DNA of 64,000 nt from contig NW_015159767.1 in the NCBI RefSeq assembly GCF_001447785.1, forward strand, positions 261,205 through 325,204, written 5' to 3'. Origin of the DNA: Gekko japonicus (Eukaryota). The translations under genes were made by a program, and so were the position numbers. The notes beneath the pieces were generated by a model. The model did no database searches. It worked only from the letters and a program-made list of their open reading frames with translations, and was not told where the DNA came from. Below, one piece after another: positions 12,571 to 26,386 of this stretch. The first letter of the stretch is position 1. Each line of letters starts with the position of its first letter.

Positions 12571-13517
12571 GAAGATAATATCAGAGGGTAGCCGTGTCGG
12601 TCCACAGTAAAAAGGTAAAGGTTCCCTTGCTTGAAAGCCAGTCGAATCCAACTCTAGGGAATCTCCATTTCAAAGCCGAAGAGCCAGCGCTGAGAACAGT
12701 TCAATTCGAGTCCAGTAACACCTTAGAGACCAAAAAGAATTTTGGGGTATCAGCCTTTGAGAGTCAGGCCTCTCTTTGTCAGTTCCTGTGTCTGATGAAG
12801 CTTTGATTCTCAAAAATTTGTACCCCCAAACTCCTGTTGGTCCCTAAGGTGCTACTGGACTCAAATCAAGCTGGTTGGTCACTGTACGAGACAGGATGCT
12901 GGATTGTACGGACCACTAATCCGGTCCAGCAGTGCTCTTCTGATGTTCTCACTTCAACAAAAAGGCTTCCAAAGGAGGCTTTAGCCTGAAACTTCTGAAT
13001 TACAGTTACAGATTTGATGTGTCTTGAATTTGGTCTTGTGATTTTCTCACTATGGAAGAGCGCTTAGGTGTGTTAAACCTGGCTGTAAGTTTTGACTAGT
13101 GTGTCTATTTGACAGAGGCCTTCCTTTGTATAATGTATTCTGTCTCCCTGCCAGTGGTCTCCTGGTTGATGTTGGTGTCTCCCATGCTGGACTTGCAGAC
13201 GGATGCTACCTTCAGTAGCCATATCTCCTGGTCTCTGTGATGAAACATGGTTGAAACCACTTGAATCACCGTCTCCCTTTAGACTAGCAAACTTTCAGAC
13301 TGTGGGCTGTGACTCTTTGGTTACTCATGGTCTCGCCTCGTTTCTTCCTTCCCTCCCCCAGTTCCAGCATGGCGTGATTGTGGCGGTGGACTCACGGGCC
13401 ACGGGTCTCCAGGTTGATGTTGACATCTCCGGATGCTACCTTCAGTAGCCATACCTCCTGGTCTCTGTGATGAAACATTGTTGAAACCACTTGAATCACC
13501 GTCTCCCTTTAGACTAG

Positions 13518-13934
<417 letters not shown>

Positions 13935-14118
13935 TAGCTTCCGCCACTTCTCCCTGCATCCGAATTGGGTTTAAGCTTCACTCTGCATTTTATGGTGTCT
14001 TTTCAGGCCCACTGAAATCTGCCCCGAGGTTCCCACGACATGCCCTGCCTGTCAGAAGTGCTTCTCTTTCCACTAGTTCACGTTTGCCCTGTAACAAAGC
14101 AGTTCATAGATCCAGATG

Positions 14119-14291
14119 AGTTAGCCGTGTCAGTCTGTTGCTGCAAAATAGTAAAAAGCCCAGTTGCACCTTTCAGACTGGCAAACTTTATTGCAGCGTA
14201 AGCTTTTGAGAAACACAGCTCTCTGCATCTGACGAAGAGAGCTGTGTTTCTCGAAGGCTTATGCTTCAGTAAAGCTTGTTAGTCTTAAAAG
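14119..14291. mobile_element. Palindromic Penelope-like fragment
   Basis: Inverted arms around 14225; hammerhead-like core CTGACGA...GAAG-GCTTA. Confidence 0.55.
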
Positions 14292-15123
14292 TAGTTCATG
14301 AGGTCTCATCTACTGTTGTGAAGCTCCTGGTTGCACATCAGAATTTCTTCCGTGTTTCCTTGCCGTTATCGCAGATACCCCAGACCTTCGTGGCACTGCT
14401 TTCTACCTCCTCAAACGATACCCCCAATCTCCAGACTTTGAGCTTGGTGCCACACTCTGTCCTGTGACCAGTGTTCCCTCTAAGCTGTCAGTAAAGCTTG
14501 TTAGTCTTAAAAGTAGTTCATGAGGTCTCATCTACTGTTGTGAAGCTCCTGGTTGCACATCAGAATTTCTTCCGTGTTTCCTTGCCGTTATCGCAGATAC
14601 CCCAGACCTTCGTGGCACTGCTTTCTCAAACGATACCCCCCATCTCCAGACTTTGAGCTTAGTGCCACACTCTGTCCTGTGGCTGTGACATTACATTTTG
14701 ACAGTGGAAGGAAGCCACACGTGGTTGCTGATCTCTGCCCTGCTAGGGTTAGCTTACACTTGCTTCGGCTTGGTTTCCCAGCAGTTGCAGTTAGTTTTTC
14801 AACCGTTATTCTTCGCAAGGTTTCCTGACAGTAGTGACTTCCTGTTGCGCACTTCCAGATACAAGGGAATCAATAACTTGAGGAAAGTTATATTAGTGTT
14901 GGCAGTTCGGAGCTGCTGCTCTGATGGATTAACAGAATCAAACTGTCTGGACTCAACAACACAATGTGCCACCCCATCCTAAACGGAGAAGCATTTAAAT
15001 TTTAGTGTTCAGATGCACAACAACATCACAGTAGGCAAACTTGTAGGCAAACCTATATATGCAATCCTGCCCATTTTTTCCCTTTATCATGCCATTCATT
15101 CAAGGTGGCTACTACTACTGAGG

Positions 15124-15400
15124 GCCAATTTGGTGTAGTGGTTAGGAGCGCAGGCTCTAATCTGGGAGAACTGGGTTTGATTCCTCACTCCTTCACATGC
15201 AGCTGCTGGTGTGACCTCGGGTCAGTTACAAGTTGTTTCAGAGCTGTTCTCTCACGAGCAGCTATCGAAAGAGCTCTCCCAGCCCCACCCTACCTCACAG
15301 GGTGTCTGCTGTGGAGAGGGGAAGGGAAAGGAGATTGTAAACTGCTTTGAGACTCCTTCGGGTAGTGAAGGGCAGGGTATAAATCCAATCTCCCCCTCTC
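15124..15400 (+). mobile_element. Squam3-like SINE
   Basis: Similar to the 5676 copy. Confidence 0.75.
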
Positions 15401-16086
15401 CTTTTCACCCAAGTCTGATGGCTGAGTTGTACCTAGTTTGCAACCCTAAACATGTATACTTGTGAACCCATTTCATTGAAGTTCATAAGATCTGCAGTCA
15501 AGTAAAGGTGTCTGGAACTGGGATGCAACCTTAATTTTCCTTTACTCTGCCACAAGGGTCTTGTTTCCTACTCTGCAGTATGCCTGCCATTTTATTCCCA
15601 CCCCCACACCACTCTTCTCACATGTCCTTTACCTCCTAGATCTCCTGTATCCAGATTATCATACACTCCTTTGCCTACTTCCATCTCAAAAGATGGCTCT
15701 GTTTTCAGGATGTCCCTATATCTTCCTCTCCTTTAGCGTTCCCAAGGACATCCTTGCCTCCAACCTAAACTAAATCCCGCTGAAGACAGTTTTTCCTTTT
15801 GCATCATTTGGTGCATGGAATATTTGGGACTGTTTCTGATGGGGGGAAAGCCCCATACAGTTTGGGGTTTTAAACAGACTGAGCAATTTAACGTGTCCCG
15901 AAAATGTATGGGTAAAAGACTGGGAATGCTGTGGAAGACTCTTCAAGATCATATAATCAGTACTGGAGGGGTTTTATATAGAAAATGTGATCAGATAGTC
16001 CTGAGTCCTGTACTCCGGTTTGCACAGCAGGTGGATGGATAGAGGAATGGGTGCTCAAACATGAAGTGTTTCAAATATATGTGGTA

Positions 16087-16345
16087 GCCAGTTTGGTGTA
16101 GTGGTTAAGTGCGTGGACTCTAATCTGGGAGAACTGGGTTTGATTCCCCACTCCTCCACTTGCAGCTGCTGGAGGACCTTGGGCAAGCCATAGTTCTGTC
16201 AGAGCTGTTCTTGAAAGAGCAGTTCCGGAAAGAGCTCTCTCAGCCCCACTTACCTCACAGGGTGTCTGTTGTGGGGAAGGGAAGGGAAAGGAATTGTAAG
16301 CCGCTCTGAGACTCCAAGTGAAGGGTGGGGTATAAATCCAATCTC
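16087..16345 (+). mobile_element. Squam3-like SINE
   Basis: Similar to the 5676 copy. Confidence 0.75.
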
Positions 16346-16623
16346 CCCCCCCCCCATTCACATGTCTGGGGATGTGTACAGTATCAAGAGGAAAGGTATT
16401 TCTGGGACTGAATGGTTTGGAGGGACTCAGCCGGCTGGATTTGCCCTGCCCGGCCGCCTGTTGAACAGCTTGCAACATAAGTGTGCAGAGATCATCTTTG
16501 ACATTAATCTTATAATCTGGGAGGGGTTGAAGGGGGGGGGGAGAGTATTTATATTAATACGGCTTTTATAAGGAACGTGTTGGAAGCCCCAGTAACCCCA
16601 AACTTCCCTGCCCTACCTTTCAG

Positions 16624-16922
16624 GCCTGTACTACGTGGACAGCGAAGGGAACCGGATCTCGGGCACGGTTTTCTCAGTGGGGTCTGGTTCCGTCTACGCC
16701 TACGGGGTGATGGACCGGGGCTACTCTCCTGATCTCTCAGTCGAGGAAGCCTACGATCTGGCCCGTCGTGCCATTTACCAGGCTACGTACCGTGACGCCT
16801 ACTCGGGGGGTACCGTCAACCTCTACCACGTCCGCCAGGATGGCTGGATCCGTGTTTCCAGCGATGACGTGGCCAAACTGCACGAATCCTTCAGCGGCAC
16901 TGCCACGGGGACAGTGGCTTAA
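16624..16922 (+). CDS. PSMB5: Proteasome subunit beta-5, exon 3 to stop
   Basis: tttcag acceptor; [14 protein letters not shown]...SVGSGS...YRDAYSGG...TAA; spliced CDS 837 nt. Confidence 0.96.
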
Positions 16923-17215
16923 GCTAGAGGACCGCGGGGGAGGGGCTCAGAGCTTGGCATTGTTGGCAGCAGAGAAGTTGCATATGTTATAGAACAGGAG
17001 GGAGCGTGGTTTATCCATTAGGCAAAATGGGGTGGGGGAAGAATCGGGCCCGCTGATCGGTGGGAGGGGACAGCAACAGGGCCTCCAGTTTGGCCATCGC
17101 GGGCTTACGTTTGTCTCATGCTTGTGGCCGGTGTTCCCTGTAGCAAAACATTTTGCTCGTTCTGAATTAAACTTTTACTGTCCAAGCGACTGGTTTTTTG
17201 TCGTCATTTAAAAAC

Positions 17216-17558
17216 TGCGGTGGCTCAAGTGGTTAAGACGCTGAACTGCAGGCGGTGGAAGGTCGGTAGTTCAGCAGTTCAAGACCTGAGTTGCCGCATG
17301 ACGGAACGAGCTCCCGTCTGTAGCTCCAGCTCCTGCCAACCTAGCAGTTCGAAAGCAAGAAACTGCAAGTAGATAAATAGGTACCGCTTCGGTGGGAAGG
17401 GAACAGCGTTCCGCGCGCCTTGGTGTTTAGTCATGCCGGCCACATGACCATGGAAACGTCTTCGGACAGCGCTGGCTCTTCGGCTGGGAAACGGAGATGA
17501 GCACCACAACCCTAGAGTCGGACTTGACTGGCTTTCGAGCAAGGGAACCTTTACCTTT
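17216..17558 (+). mobile_element. Sauria SINE, full length, just 3' of the PSMB5 poly(A) signal
   Basis: ACCTTTACCTTT tail; ATTAAA at 17166. Confidence 0.85.
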
Positions 17559-18215
17559 TAAAAACCCAGGATAGGCAGGGACCGACCTTTTGATACTCTC
17601 CAGTCCCGTTAGAAGTGCCCTGTTAAGTTTGGATCTTTGCCTGCTGAGGGATGGCCCGGAGGGGGGGTAAGCTGTGTGGGTGTGAGTGTTTGGGTGCAGG
17701 AACTTGCAGATAAATGTCTCTTGAAAGTTCCATTTCTAGGCAAAAACCAGAAGGTCGGCTGTTCCCGCAGGCATCAAAGCATATGTGGCTGTGATACAGA
17801 GGGAGGGCGGAAGTCAAATGGCTGTTAAGGGGATGGTTTCCTCCTCTTTCTGTTCATCGCAGAGGGTTCCTGTGGCGCTGTAGACTTGCTTTCCCCATCA
17901 TTGAGCCCCAAACACCTTGGATAATCCCAATCCCAAATCCTTTTTAGGGTTCTCCTCCAGATCCGTGTTTCTCTTTGATGTCTGCGGTGTGTACAGGCTG
18001 GCGTGAGCCCATTTTGGCTGCCTCGCAGAGCATACCCTTCCCAAATATTCTCATGCGCCGTTGCCTTCTCTGGTTCCCACCCAATTGACGCGGAGGCTTG
18101 TGCGCGGCAGCGTGTAGAACCTAATAGGAATGGAAAAGGTTACTGCCAGCTGCGGGGCAGCGAGGATGGCGGGAACGAGGCAGGCCAAGATGAAGGTGTG
18201 GTTGACAGGCAGAGA

Positions 18216-20350
18216 ATTTTATTTTATTTTATTGTACAAAAAATGCCGATTGGCTTTGTGGCCTCTTTCTCCACATGCCCACTTAGGAGAAAGAAAGGAA
18301 TGAAATGGGATCACAGCGGGTCTGGAGAGACCGGGATATGGGCAGGAGGGCTAATTTTTATACAAGTGCCGCTGCAGTGGAATAAATAATGAGGAAGTAA
18401 AAGGAAGGAAGGGGGGGGGGGTTGAAAGGCAAAAGAGTCACCAAATCGAGAATGCACAGGGACATAAGCCAATGGAGGTTGTGCGTTCTTAGAAACGGGC
18501 CGAAGGAAAGTAGAGGAGAGCAGGATGGAAAAAACACTAAAAGTGTCGGAAAGAGCATGAACGTATGCATAAAGGACAGGAACAGGGCAATGGTATGCAA
18601 GGGGAGGAAGAACAACCTGACCGTCCAGGAGAGGAAAAATTGGCAGTGGCCAGCCGGTCTAGGTGTCCCCTGTGGGGGCCCTGCTGAGGAATGCGTGTGC
18701 AGCTTTGGTGTGTGTCTGTGTGCGTGCAGGAGATCGGCCAATCAGGGCAGAAGGGGGGAGCATGGGGGTGTGGCGGTTGGCAGCAGGGTGCACATCCTCC
18801 CCCTCTTGCACACACACGAATACAAAGAGCCGCACGCACGACCTTCCAGTATCCTTTTCCCAGGGACGGATGGAATTGGGGGGGGGGGGCGGGGAGTTAT
18901 GGCAAAGGGAGGGAGTGAAAGAAGGGGAATCCCAATTCTCTTTGGTTTGTTTTGGCCTTTCTAGGGGAATATACGATATACAGAGAAAAGGGTTGTACGT
19001 GACAGAATGAGGGAGGGGGGGAAGCCGGAGAGCGGGGTATGCTTAGCAGGAAGATATGTACATGGAAATACAGAGCGACTGTAGACTGATGTAAATGGAT
19101 ACTGTGAAAATAAGGCGGGCAAGAGTATATGTTGTGATGAATGGGTAAGTGTACAACTGTATAGAAGGCAGAGTACCTGGGATACATTGCACATTAATGT
19201 GTATCGTCATGTCTGCTTCTCAAACAGACAGGACAAGAATTTTTGACATTTTCTTGTGGCTGAAGCGGAGCTTTCTAATCAGAATTCCATACTAATTGAG
19301 AGTGGTCGTTATTCCTGGTTTCGTAATCCTGGATAAGAGTCTGTTCTTCTATGTGTGCTCCTACAGTTATATATGAGGGTTTATGGAGCGGAATGTATTT
19401 TTATAAGATCGTTGAGAGAGAATGAGTATCCCAGTTACAGTCACAGTGGTGTGTGAACATGATCAGGCTTCCAGGGGAGTAATGTATGCATTTGCAAGGG
19501 AAATTGATACACCTTTTCTTATCTCCACTTAATCTTGATTCTGTTGGAACGAAGGTGTTTAGGGAGTTGCAGATATTTATTCAATACCCCCCGAGGTGAT
19601 AAATCTGTGTTAACATGCATTAATCATCCTTTTTTCACACAATCGGAGAGAGACTAAAGAGTGTAGGGCAGTGTAGTTTTCTTCCATCCCAATTTTTCCT
19701 TCTGCATTAGCTACCATTTAGGAGTGGGGAAAGTGGTTTACTGGATTTCAATTCATCTGATGTGCACACTGGAGGCGTAGAATTCCTGAGGCAGCTATGC
19801 ACACAGAGGTCTTCAGACTCTTCAGCTGGAGGATGTGTACTGTTTTGGCTCATAGGATCGGATCTAGACTTTAGAAAGTGGGTTATTTAAGACCTATCGA
19901 TATGTAAACTGGCAATAAACGATCCTTAAATATGACAAATGGCTCTTGAAAGCTCACACCCTGAAAATCTTGGTCATCATCTCTAAGGTGCTACTGGAGT
20001 AGAATATTAACTGTCCTTAAATACGAATGTGCCTTGACCGTGATGAAAATGGCTTGGCTTTTTTATGGTACATTGAGAAGGGAAGGTTGAATATGTAGTT
20101 CTGAAGCGACTGACAATTGATGTGCTCTTTCACTGTGGACAGTTATGGGGGATACGGGTGTTGGGAGAGACCAGTTATGAGGGTTTGTGGTGGAGGGAAT
20201 GGCATCTGAAAATATGGATTTAAATGCGACATTGGGAAGGACAGGCCTTGTTAGCGCTCTGGTGGGGGACCTTGGAGCAGGGCAGCCATTTTAAGCCTTG
20301 GGTTAAGGCCCTTGGCATGACCTTGTCCATTTTTGTCAGTCATTTAACCT
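18216..20350 (-). mobile_element. Probable decayed L1/Tx1-like LINE 3' portion
   Basis: (TAAAA)n tail at 18216; interrupted minus-strand peptides PRLKMAALLQGPPPER*QGLSFP and a Cys/His-rich segment. Confidence 0.4.
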
Positions 20351-20559
20351 GACTTCCAGGCAATCAGGAAATTTTGTGTGGGAGACAAGATGATAATATT
20401 GTGTCTGGTGTTTTGTGTTTTAGCTTAATGGATATGCTGATCTGCACGCCCCTTGTCTATAATGGATGTCTGTCTGGGGAAAACGGGGGTCACGAAAGGG
20501 AAAACTCCCCCAAGCTGGGCTGCAGACGGCCATGAAAAAAGCGCCTGGCCTCGCACAAC

Positions 20560-20900
20560 TCCCTAAAGTGCCCCTTCTCCTCCGCGTCCGTTCCTTTCCC
20601 CGCCTTCTTCTCAGCCCCCGGCCACGGCGCAACAGCTTGCGACCAATCGGCGGCCCTTGGCTTCTTGGCGGCGGCCAATCGGCGCGCCGCGGGGGAGGCC
20701 GCGGACCGCTCTCTTTGTACACGGCTGCGGCGCTCGCGCCTCTTTCCCCTCCCGCGCTGCACACGCGGGATAGAACGCTGGGGAGCGCAGCGTTCCAAAC
20801 CGCGGAGCCCCAGAACAAAAAGCACGTCTGAACCCTGGCCTTCTGCTCGCTCTGGTCGCGCGGGATTTAAAGAATGCGAATCAGGAATTTCCTGTTTGGG
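20560..20900 (+). promoter_or_regulatory. C14orf93 CpG-island promoter and likely non-coding first exon
   Basis: CpG-rich; CCAAT boxes near 20643 and 20675. Confidence 0.65.
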
Positions 20901-21605
20901 GGGGGGGATCTGACTCATAACTCGGAGAAACTGCGTTCTCTCCTCGCTCAGCGCCCATTTTCTTTGCTTCGACCTATGGAGCGCTGTGAACGTGTGGATA
21001 CTAGCAAGTGCCACAAGAAAAACTTTGCAAGAGCTGGCCTTACTGAGTTAAAGATAAAGGCCCCGAAAAATTCCTTTGCATGGTCACATGTGCAGAAACC
21101 CCCCAACCCAAACCCACCTTTTCATGACTTCTGCTTTTGAGAAGAGATGCATTATGAACTGAGGGATGCCCTTGGCTCTCCCTTGGCCAGACACTCGAAA
21201 TAGGTAGATGGTTTAGAATAGGGCAAAGGATGTGTTAAAACAAATTAAAGTGTATATGAAGAGCAAGTGACGTTTGGTATCAATTTACAATATGCAAGCA
21301 ACAAACAACCTTCAGCCTGGGGTCACGGGGTGGGGGTGAGCGACTGGTATTCAGAAGTGCCTAAAGGTACGCCTTTGGATTTTCACACCTTTTCCAGAGT
21401 TGCTGCCTGCTCTCTAGTCACACTCATAAGAGCATTTTTAAAATTTTTCTTGACAGCCTGTTTCCCTCAGCTTAGGCCGGCGTCTGCTTTGTCCGAGTTG
21501 TTCCATGGGCCTGAACCCCAAAGATTACATCTTCAGCCTGCTTGGCCTTCTTCAAAAGCAGAGGCTGAGAAACTCCCAGAATCCCTTGTGACGGCTCGAG
21601 TGGCC

Positions 21606-22127
21606 ATGTCATTCAGCGCCACCATTTTGTTCTCCCCTCCGAATGCCAAAGAAGCCAAATGCTGTTGCTGCACCTGCAAGCAGGAGCCCGGTGCCCCGCC
21701 AGCCACCCCGGCGCCGCCTCCATCCCCACCCTGCACTCCCATCACCGTCACGGGGACGGGGCTGGCTGTCCAGTCTTCGGAGCAGCTCCTCCATGTCATC
21801 TACCAGCGAGTCGAAAAGGCCGTGGGCCTCGCCGAGATGTCTCTGAGCTTGGCCAAAGCCAACAACGAGGCTCTGCGGCGCCTAGAAGAGGAAATGGGGG
21901 TGCTGCGCCAGGCAGCAGCCCCTCCTGTCAAAGCTAGCCCCCTGTGTGTTCCAGTGGAGCAGCGAGAAGACGACGAGGAGGAGGAGGAAGAGGAAAGAGA
22001 GGCTGAAGGCTTCCAAAATGGCGTCCAGGTGGTCATAGAAGAGCTGAGGCAGCTGGGAGCAGCCGCGGGGCCACCTGGACGCTTGGGTTTCTCTCCCGTG
22101 CAGCTGGGAGCTGGGGGGCTTGGCGGG
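21606..22127 (+). CDS. C14orf93: C14orf93 homolog, first coding exon
   Basis: MSFSATILFSPP...CCCCTCK...GLAVQSSEQLLHVIYQRV; acceptor ends 21470; GGG|GTACGT donor. Confidence 0.9.
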
Positions 22128-22706
22128 GTACGTAGGTGGAGGATTGGGGGCTTCTTTCGAAAAAGTTCTTCAATCCCCCCCCCACACACACACACAAAAA
22201 CCCACACGCACACAATCCCCGTGTCCCTCCGGTCAGGCACAGATGGCCTCATGAATATTTGATGGCCTCTCTTGCCTCCCCTGCCAAAGACCTGCTCAGG
22301 AGAGAGGCATTCTGGGAGTCGCGCCAAGCTCTGCTTTGCTGTTGTGGCCTGGGGTTGAGGGGCTCTGGCAGGAGCTGAAAAGTGTTATGTGTGTGTACGA
22401 TCCCGAGGCTGGGATAGAAGGGGGACTACGGCCGTTAGTGGTGATTGAGGGGCACTGGCAAAACCAGGGACGGGGGAAATTCAAGGTTAGTGGCAGAATG
22501 TTTTCACGCACGATGCTAAAAGGCGCCTTTGAGCTTCCCCTTTTATTTGTGTCAAGTGTGAATTTGGTCCGCGTGTGTGGGGGGAAGCATTTTTGATATC
22601 TAACGGACGTTCTGGCCAATGCGTGTTTTATATTACCAATGCAGACCCGTTGAATAAAACAAAGTCTTTCCTTTGTGACCGTGTATGCAGGAAGAAAGCC
22701 ATAGGG

Positions 22707-23110
22707 CAGGGGTCCACGACATTTTTGAACCTACAGGCCCTGTTAGGAATTCGTGCACAGTGTGAGGGGTGCGCCCGCAAAATGGCTGCCGCAGGCGGCA
22801 TAGCCAACTGCGAAATGTCAGGATGAGATTAGGCGTAACTCTGAATGATAGCAACTCTTCAACATTTCAGGCAGAAGCTCTGCTTTAAAAGATGCCTTTT
22901 GTAATGGACATATTATTTTGAAATATTGCCTCAGCTTACTGTCAGTCACACAGTGAAGATCTTTGTGCTGTGGTGGCAGCTGCTGACAAAGCAGTGTTGT
23001 TGTTATTTTAAATCAGCATGGGCCAATCAGAATACCTGCTGGGGAAGAGCCCTGGGCACTTGGAAAGGCGCCAGCAGGAGCCAACGTGTGTGCCATGTTG
23101 GGGACCTCTG
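22707..23110. mobile_element. hAT (Charlie-like) non-autonomous element
   Basis: CAGGGGTCC...GGACCTCTG termini; related element at 44134-44458. Confidence 0.6.
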
Positions 23111-23258
23111 CTACAGGGCAACTTTTTCAGGCACAGAGCCCGTGTCTAGGATAAGTGGCTGTAGAAGTGGGGTGGGGAAACAACACCAGAGTTGGAAGGG
23201 GCCATCGTTTGGGACTGAGGGCCACTGCTCTGGGCTGTTCAAATCTTTCTGTTCTCAG

Positions 23259-23516
23259 GTAACGGAAGAATCTCCCACAGTAGATCCCTCCATGCAGCGG
23301 GTCTATGCTACACCCTCTTCTCCTGTCCCTCAGACAACTCTACCGCCCCTGGATGATCCTTCTCTCTCTTGCCCTGAAGTGTCTCCCAGCAGCAGCACCC
23401 TGGAGGATGCGATGCACGGGGAGCCACGTTTTTCTCTGGGCTTTGCGAGTCTCCCTTGCAGAAGCCGAAACATTGGACAGAAGAATGCGAGGCGCAAGAG
23501 GGACTTGGTCCTATCA
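23259..23516 (+). CDS. C14orf93: C14orf93 coding exon 2
   Basis: ctcag acceptor; ...GQKNARRKRDLVLS; |GTGAGT donor. Confidence 0.88.
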
Positions 23517-23629
23517 GTGAGTTGACTTCTTTCTTTCTTTCTTAATTTATATTTTTTAATTTCATTTTTCAGAGTGAAGAAATAACAGTTTACATAGAAG
23601 TGTTCAGAAACAATAAACATAGATAACAC

Positions 23630-24030
23630 CAGGGGTCATTTCGTAGAAAAAGAGGTGCAGGAGCTCATTAGCATAACTCATTTGCATGTGCCAAACCCCC
23701 TGACATCACCGGAAGTGTGTCAGAAGGCAACACCCACTGCTCAGGCTCCACTGGACTGTTTTGGATTGCTAGCTATTGGTGGGGGGGGAGGAACGTGCAG
23801 ATCTGTCCTCCCAGAGGAGGGAGAGCTTGTACCTGAATAAAACTTGGTCTTAAAGGTGCCACTGGACAGTTTTGGGCCGGGGGGGGTGGCTCTGCGACTT
23901 ACCTGGCTGCTTCTTGCACTGACTGAGGGCTGCTGGGAGCAGGGGGCGGGGCTTGTTGCATGTGCCCGCCCCCTGGGCTCTTTACTGCCGGAGCTCTGCT
24001 CCTGTGCGCTCCCGCAGGAAATGACCCCTG
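23630..24030. mobile_element. hAT MITE family C (TIR CAGGGGTCATTTC)
   Basis: Exact 8-bp TSD GATAACAC. Confidence 0.88.
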
Positions 24031-24435
24031 GATAACACTGAATATTAGAACAATAAAATTTGTTGAGAATCTTCTGTGTTCATATTTGTTTTACACAACC
24101 AAATAGTCTAGTTTTTCATAACCATATTATCCTCCTTTGGACATGTAAACAGGCTATCCTATGTTGAGCTTACACTTTTAGTATAGACTGGTCTGAATCG
24201 GCAGTTGAGTGTTGATACCTACTTCCACATAATGTAAGAGAGCAAGTGTGTCAACTTCTTTAACTGGCTGGCAGAAGAGATTCTTTTGTGCAAGGGACCA
24301 GGGGCTCTGCGGATCTTTATTTGAAATTATTTATTTCCAGTTACTTTGCACAGGAGTACTGCTCCACGTTAATAGCTTTGGTCTGTTGAGTTAAAGCTGG
24401 GGTTCAGTTCCTGATCTTTCTGTTTCCTTTTCCAG

Positions 24436-24497
24436 AAACTGGTTCATAATGTCCACAATCACATTGCCAATGACAAGAGGTTTGACGGCTCTGAGAG
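24436..24497 (+). CDS. C14orf93: C14orf93 coding exon 3
   Basis: KLVHNVHNHIANDKRFDGSE; AG/GT flanks; not in the ORF track. Confidence 0.9.
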
Positions 24498-24645
24498 GTG
24501 AGTTTTGGTTGGGGGTTGTCTGTTTCCATAAGAAATACTCTTATGTTTTTATCCTGCCCTCTCCACCGAGGAACTAAGGGAGGCATATCTGACCGATTCC
24601 CCATGAGCAGCTGTGCTGCCGTTGCTCTTCCGTTTCCCCCGGTTC

Positions 24646-25040
24646 CAGGGCTATTTTTGGGCAGGAACGCACAGGAACGGAGTTCCGCTGGCTCCCAAGT
24701 TGGCCACGCCCAGCAGGAACTCATTAGCATAATAGGCCACACCCAACAGCAGAAACTCATCAGGATTGGCTACATTAGGGGTGTGTGGCCTAACATGCAA
24801 AGGAGTTCCTGCTACAAAAAAAGGCCTGGGTTTTGACCACAAAGAAGGTCAACAGAATAAGCAGCAAAAGGTGGCCGTGGCTGGATGACCACACTTCTGG
24901 TAACATGGGTGTGTGGCCTAATATGCTAATGAGCTGTGCTGTCAGGGCCGTGGCCTAATATGGTAATGTGTTTCTGCTGTTGGGTGTGGCCTATTATGCT
25001 AATGAGTTCCTGCTGGGCTTTTTCTACAAAAAAAGCCCTG
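24646..25040. mobile_element. hAT MITE family B (TIR CAGGGCTWTTTT)
   Basis: TIRs; degenerate TSD CCCGGTTC/CCCGGTCG. Confidence 0.8.
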
Positions 25041-26095
25041 CCCGGTCGTATTGGTCAATTTCACACTATTCACTGTGCAGCCACATTTTGACCCGCATCT
25101 CCCCCCGATTTCCCCCGCATCTTCTTGATTCTGTTTTTTGAGGCTCGAGAAGACGAGGAGTAAATCGGGGGGAGCAAACAGTGTGAAATTGACCAATACG
25201 ACCAGGAAAACGGAAGAGCAACGGTGGCACAGCTGCTTGTGGGGAATTGGTCTATGATTTTTGCCTTTCCACTTTAGACTCACAAAACCCCCCGTGAAGT
25301 AGGTTCTGGGAAGAAAGTGAGGGACTGACCCCAATTCATTCAGGGAGCAGTATGCAGCGTGGTTGCAATCTAGCCATGAGACCACACTGCCTCAAAATAA
25401 GGTTCTTACGCTCTTAACAACTATCGAGAAGGCAGAATTTCAGTAGGTGCAGCGTCTCTTCTCATGTACGGCGTCGGCAATAAAAGAAACTGGATCAAAT
25501 TCCTCTCCTGTATTGATCTGGAAGCCCTAATTTGTCCTGTCACAAACCCAGTGTCCAGAATGTGAACCTTCTCTATTGTTGTTCATTAGTATCTCAAGAT
25601 TCAGGTTCACTTTACACCACTTAATTACACCTTGGTGGAAAGTACCATCAAGTTGCAGCAGGTTTATGGTGACTTGGTATGGTTTTCAAGGCAAGAGCAA
25701 CCCAGGACTTCTTTGGTGGTCTCCCATCCAAGTACTAACCTGGGCTGATCCTACTTAGCTTCTGAGATCTGATAAGACCAGGCTAGCCTGGACTATCTGG
25801 ATCAGGGCTAGTTACCGCTTAACAAGCTTTAATCTTGCCTACTCACAAATGGTTTAAGGAGTGGTGAAGGGCAGATTTCTTCTCTTCCTCCACACACATG
25901 CATGCTGTCCTGGGAAATGGTTATGGTGGAAGTAGGAACTAAAATGAGCATCATGTAGAAGAGGGCTCCCCAACCTTTTTGAACCTCCAGGCACCTTTGG
26001 AATTCCGGCACAGCACAATCTTTGCAGCCACATTGGGAAATCCTGATGTAGAGTGAAGGGCCCCCAAAAATGCTCAGGAGAAAGACAGGCATATA

Positions 26096-26386
26096 AAAAG
26101 GTAAAGGTTTGTGGTGCTCATCTCTGTTTCCAAGCCGAAGAGCCAGCGTTGTCCGAAGACGTCTCCGTGGTCATGTGGCCAGCCGAGGCGCACGGAACGC
26201 TGTTACCTTCCCACGGAATTGGTACCTATTTATCTACTTGCAGTTTCTTGCTTTCAAACTGCTAGGTTGGCAGGAGCTGGGGCCAGAGACGGGAGCTCAC
26301 TCCATCACGCAGCACTCGGGTCTTGAACTGCCGAACTACAGACCTTCTGGTCTGCAGCTTCAGCGTCTTAACCTCTGAGCCACAGG
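26096..26386 (-). mobile_element. Sauria SINE
   Basis: AAAGGT tail, internal deletion. Confidence 0.8.

Noticed and set aside
13203-13448. Separate PSMB5 paralog or pseudogene
   Set aside because: Only 43 nt of exon inside a local duplication; reported as a decoy acceptor instead.
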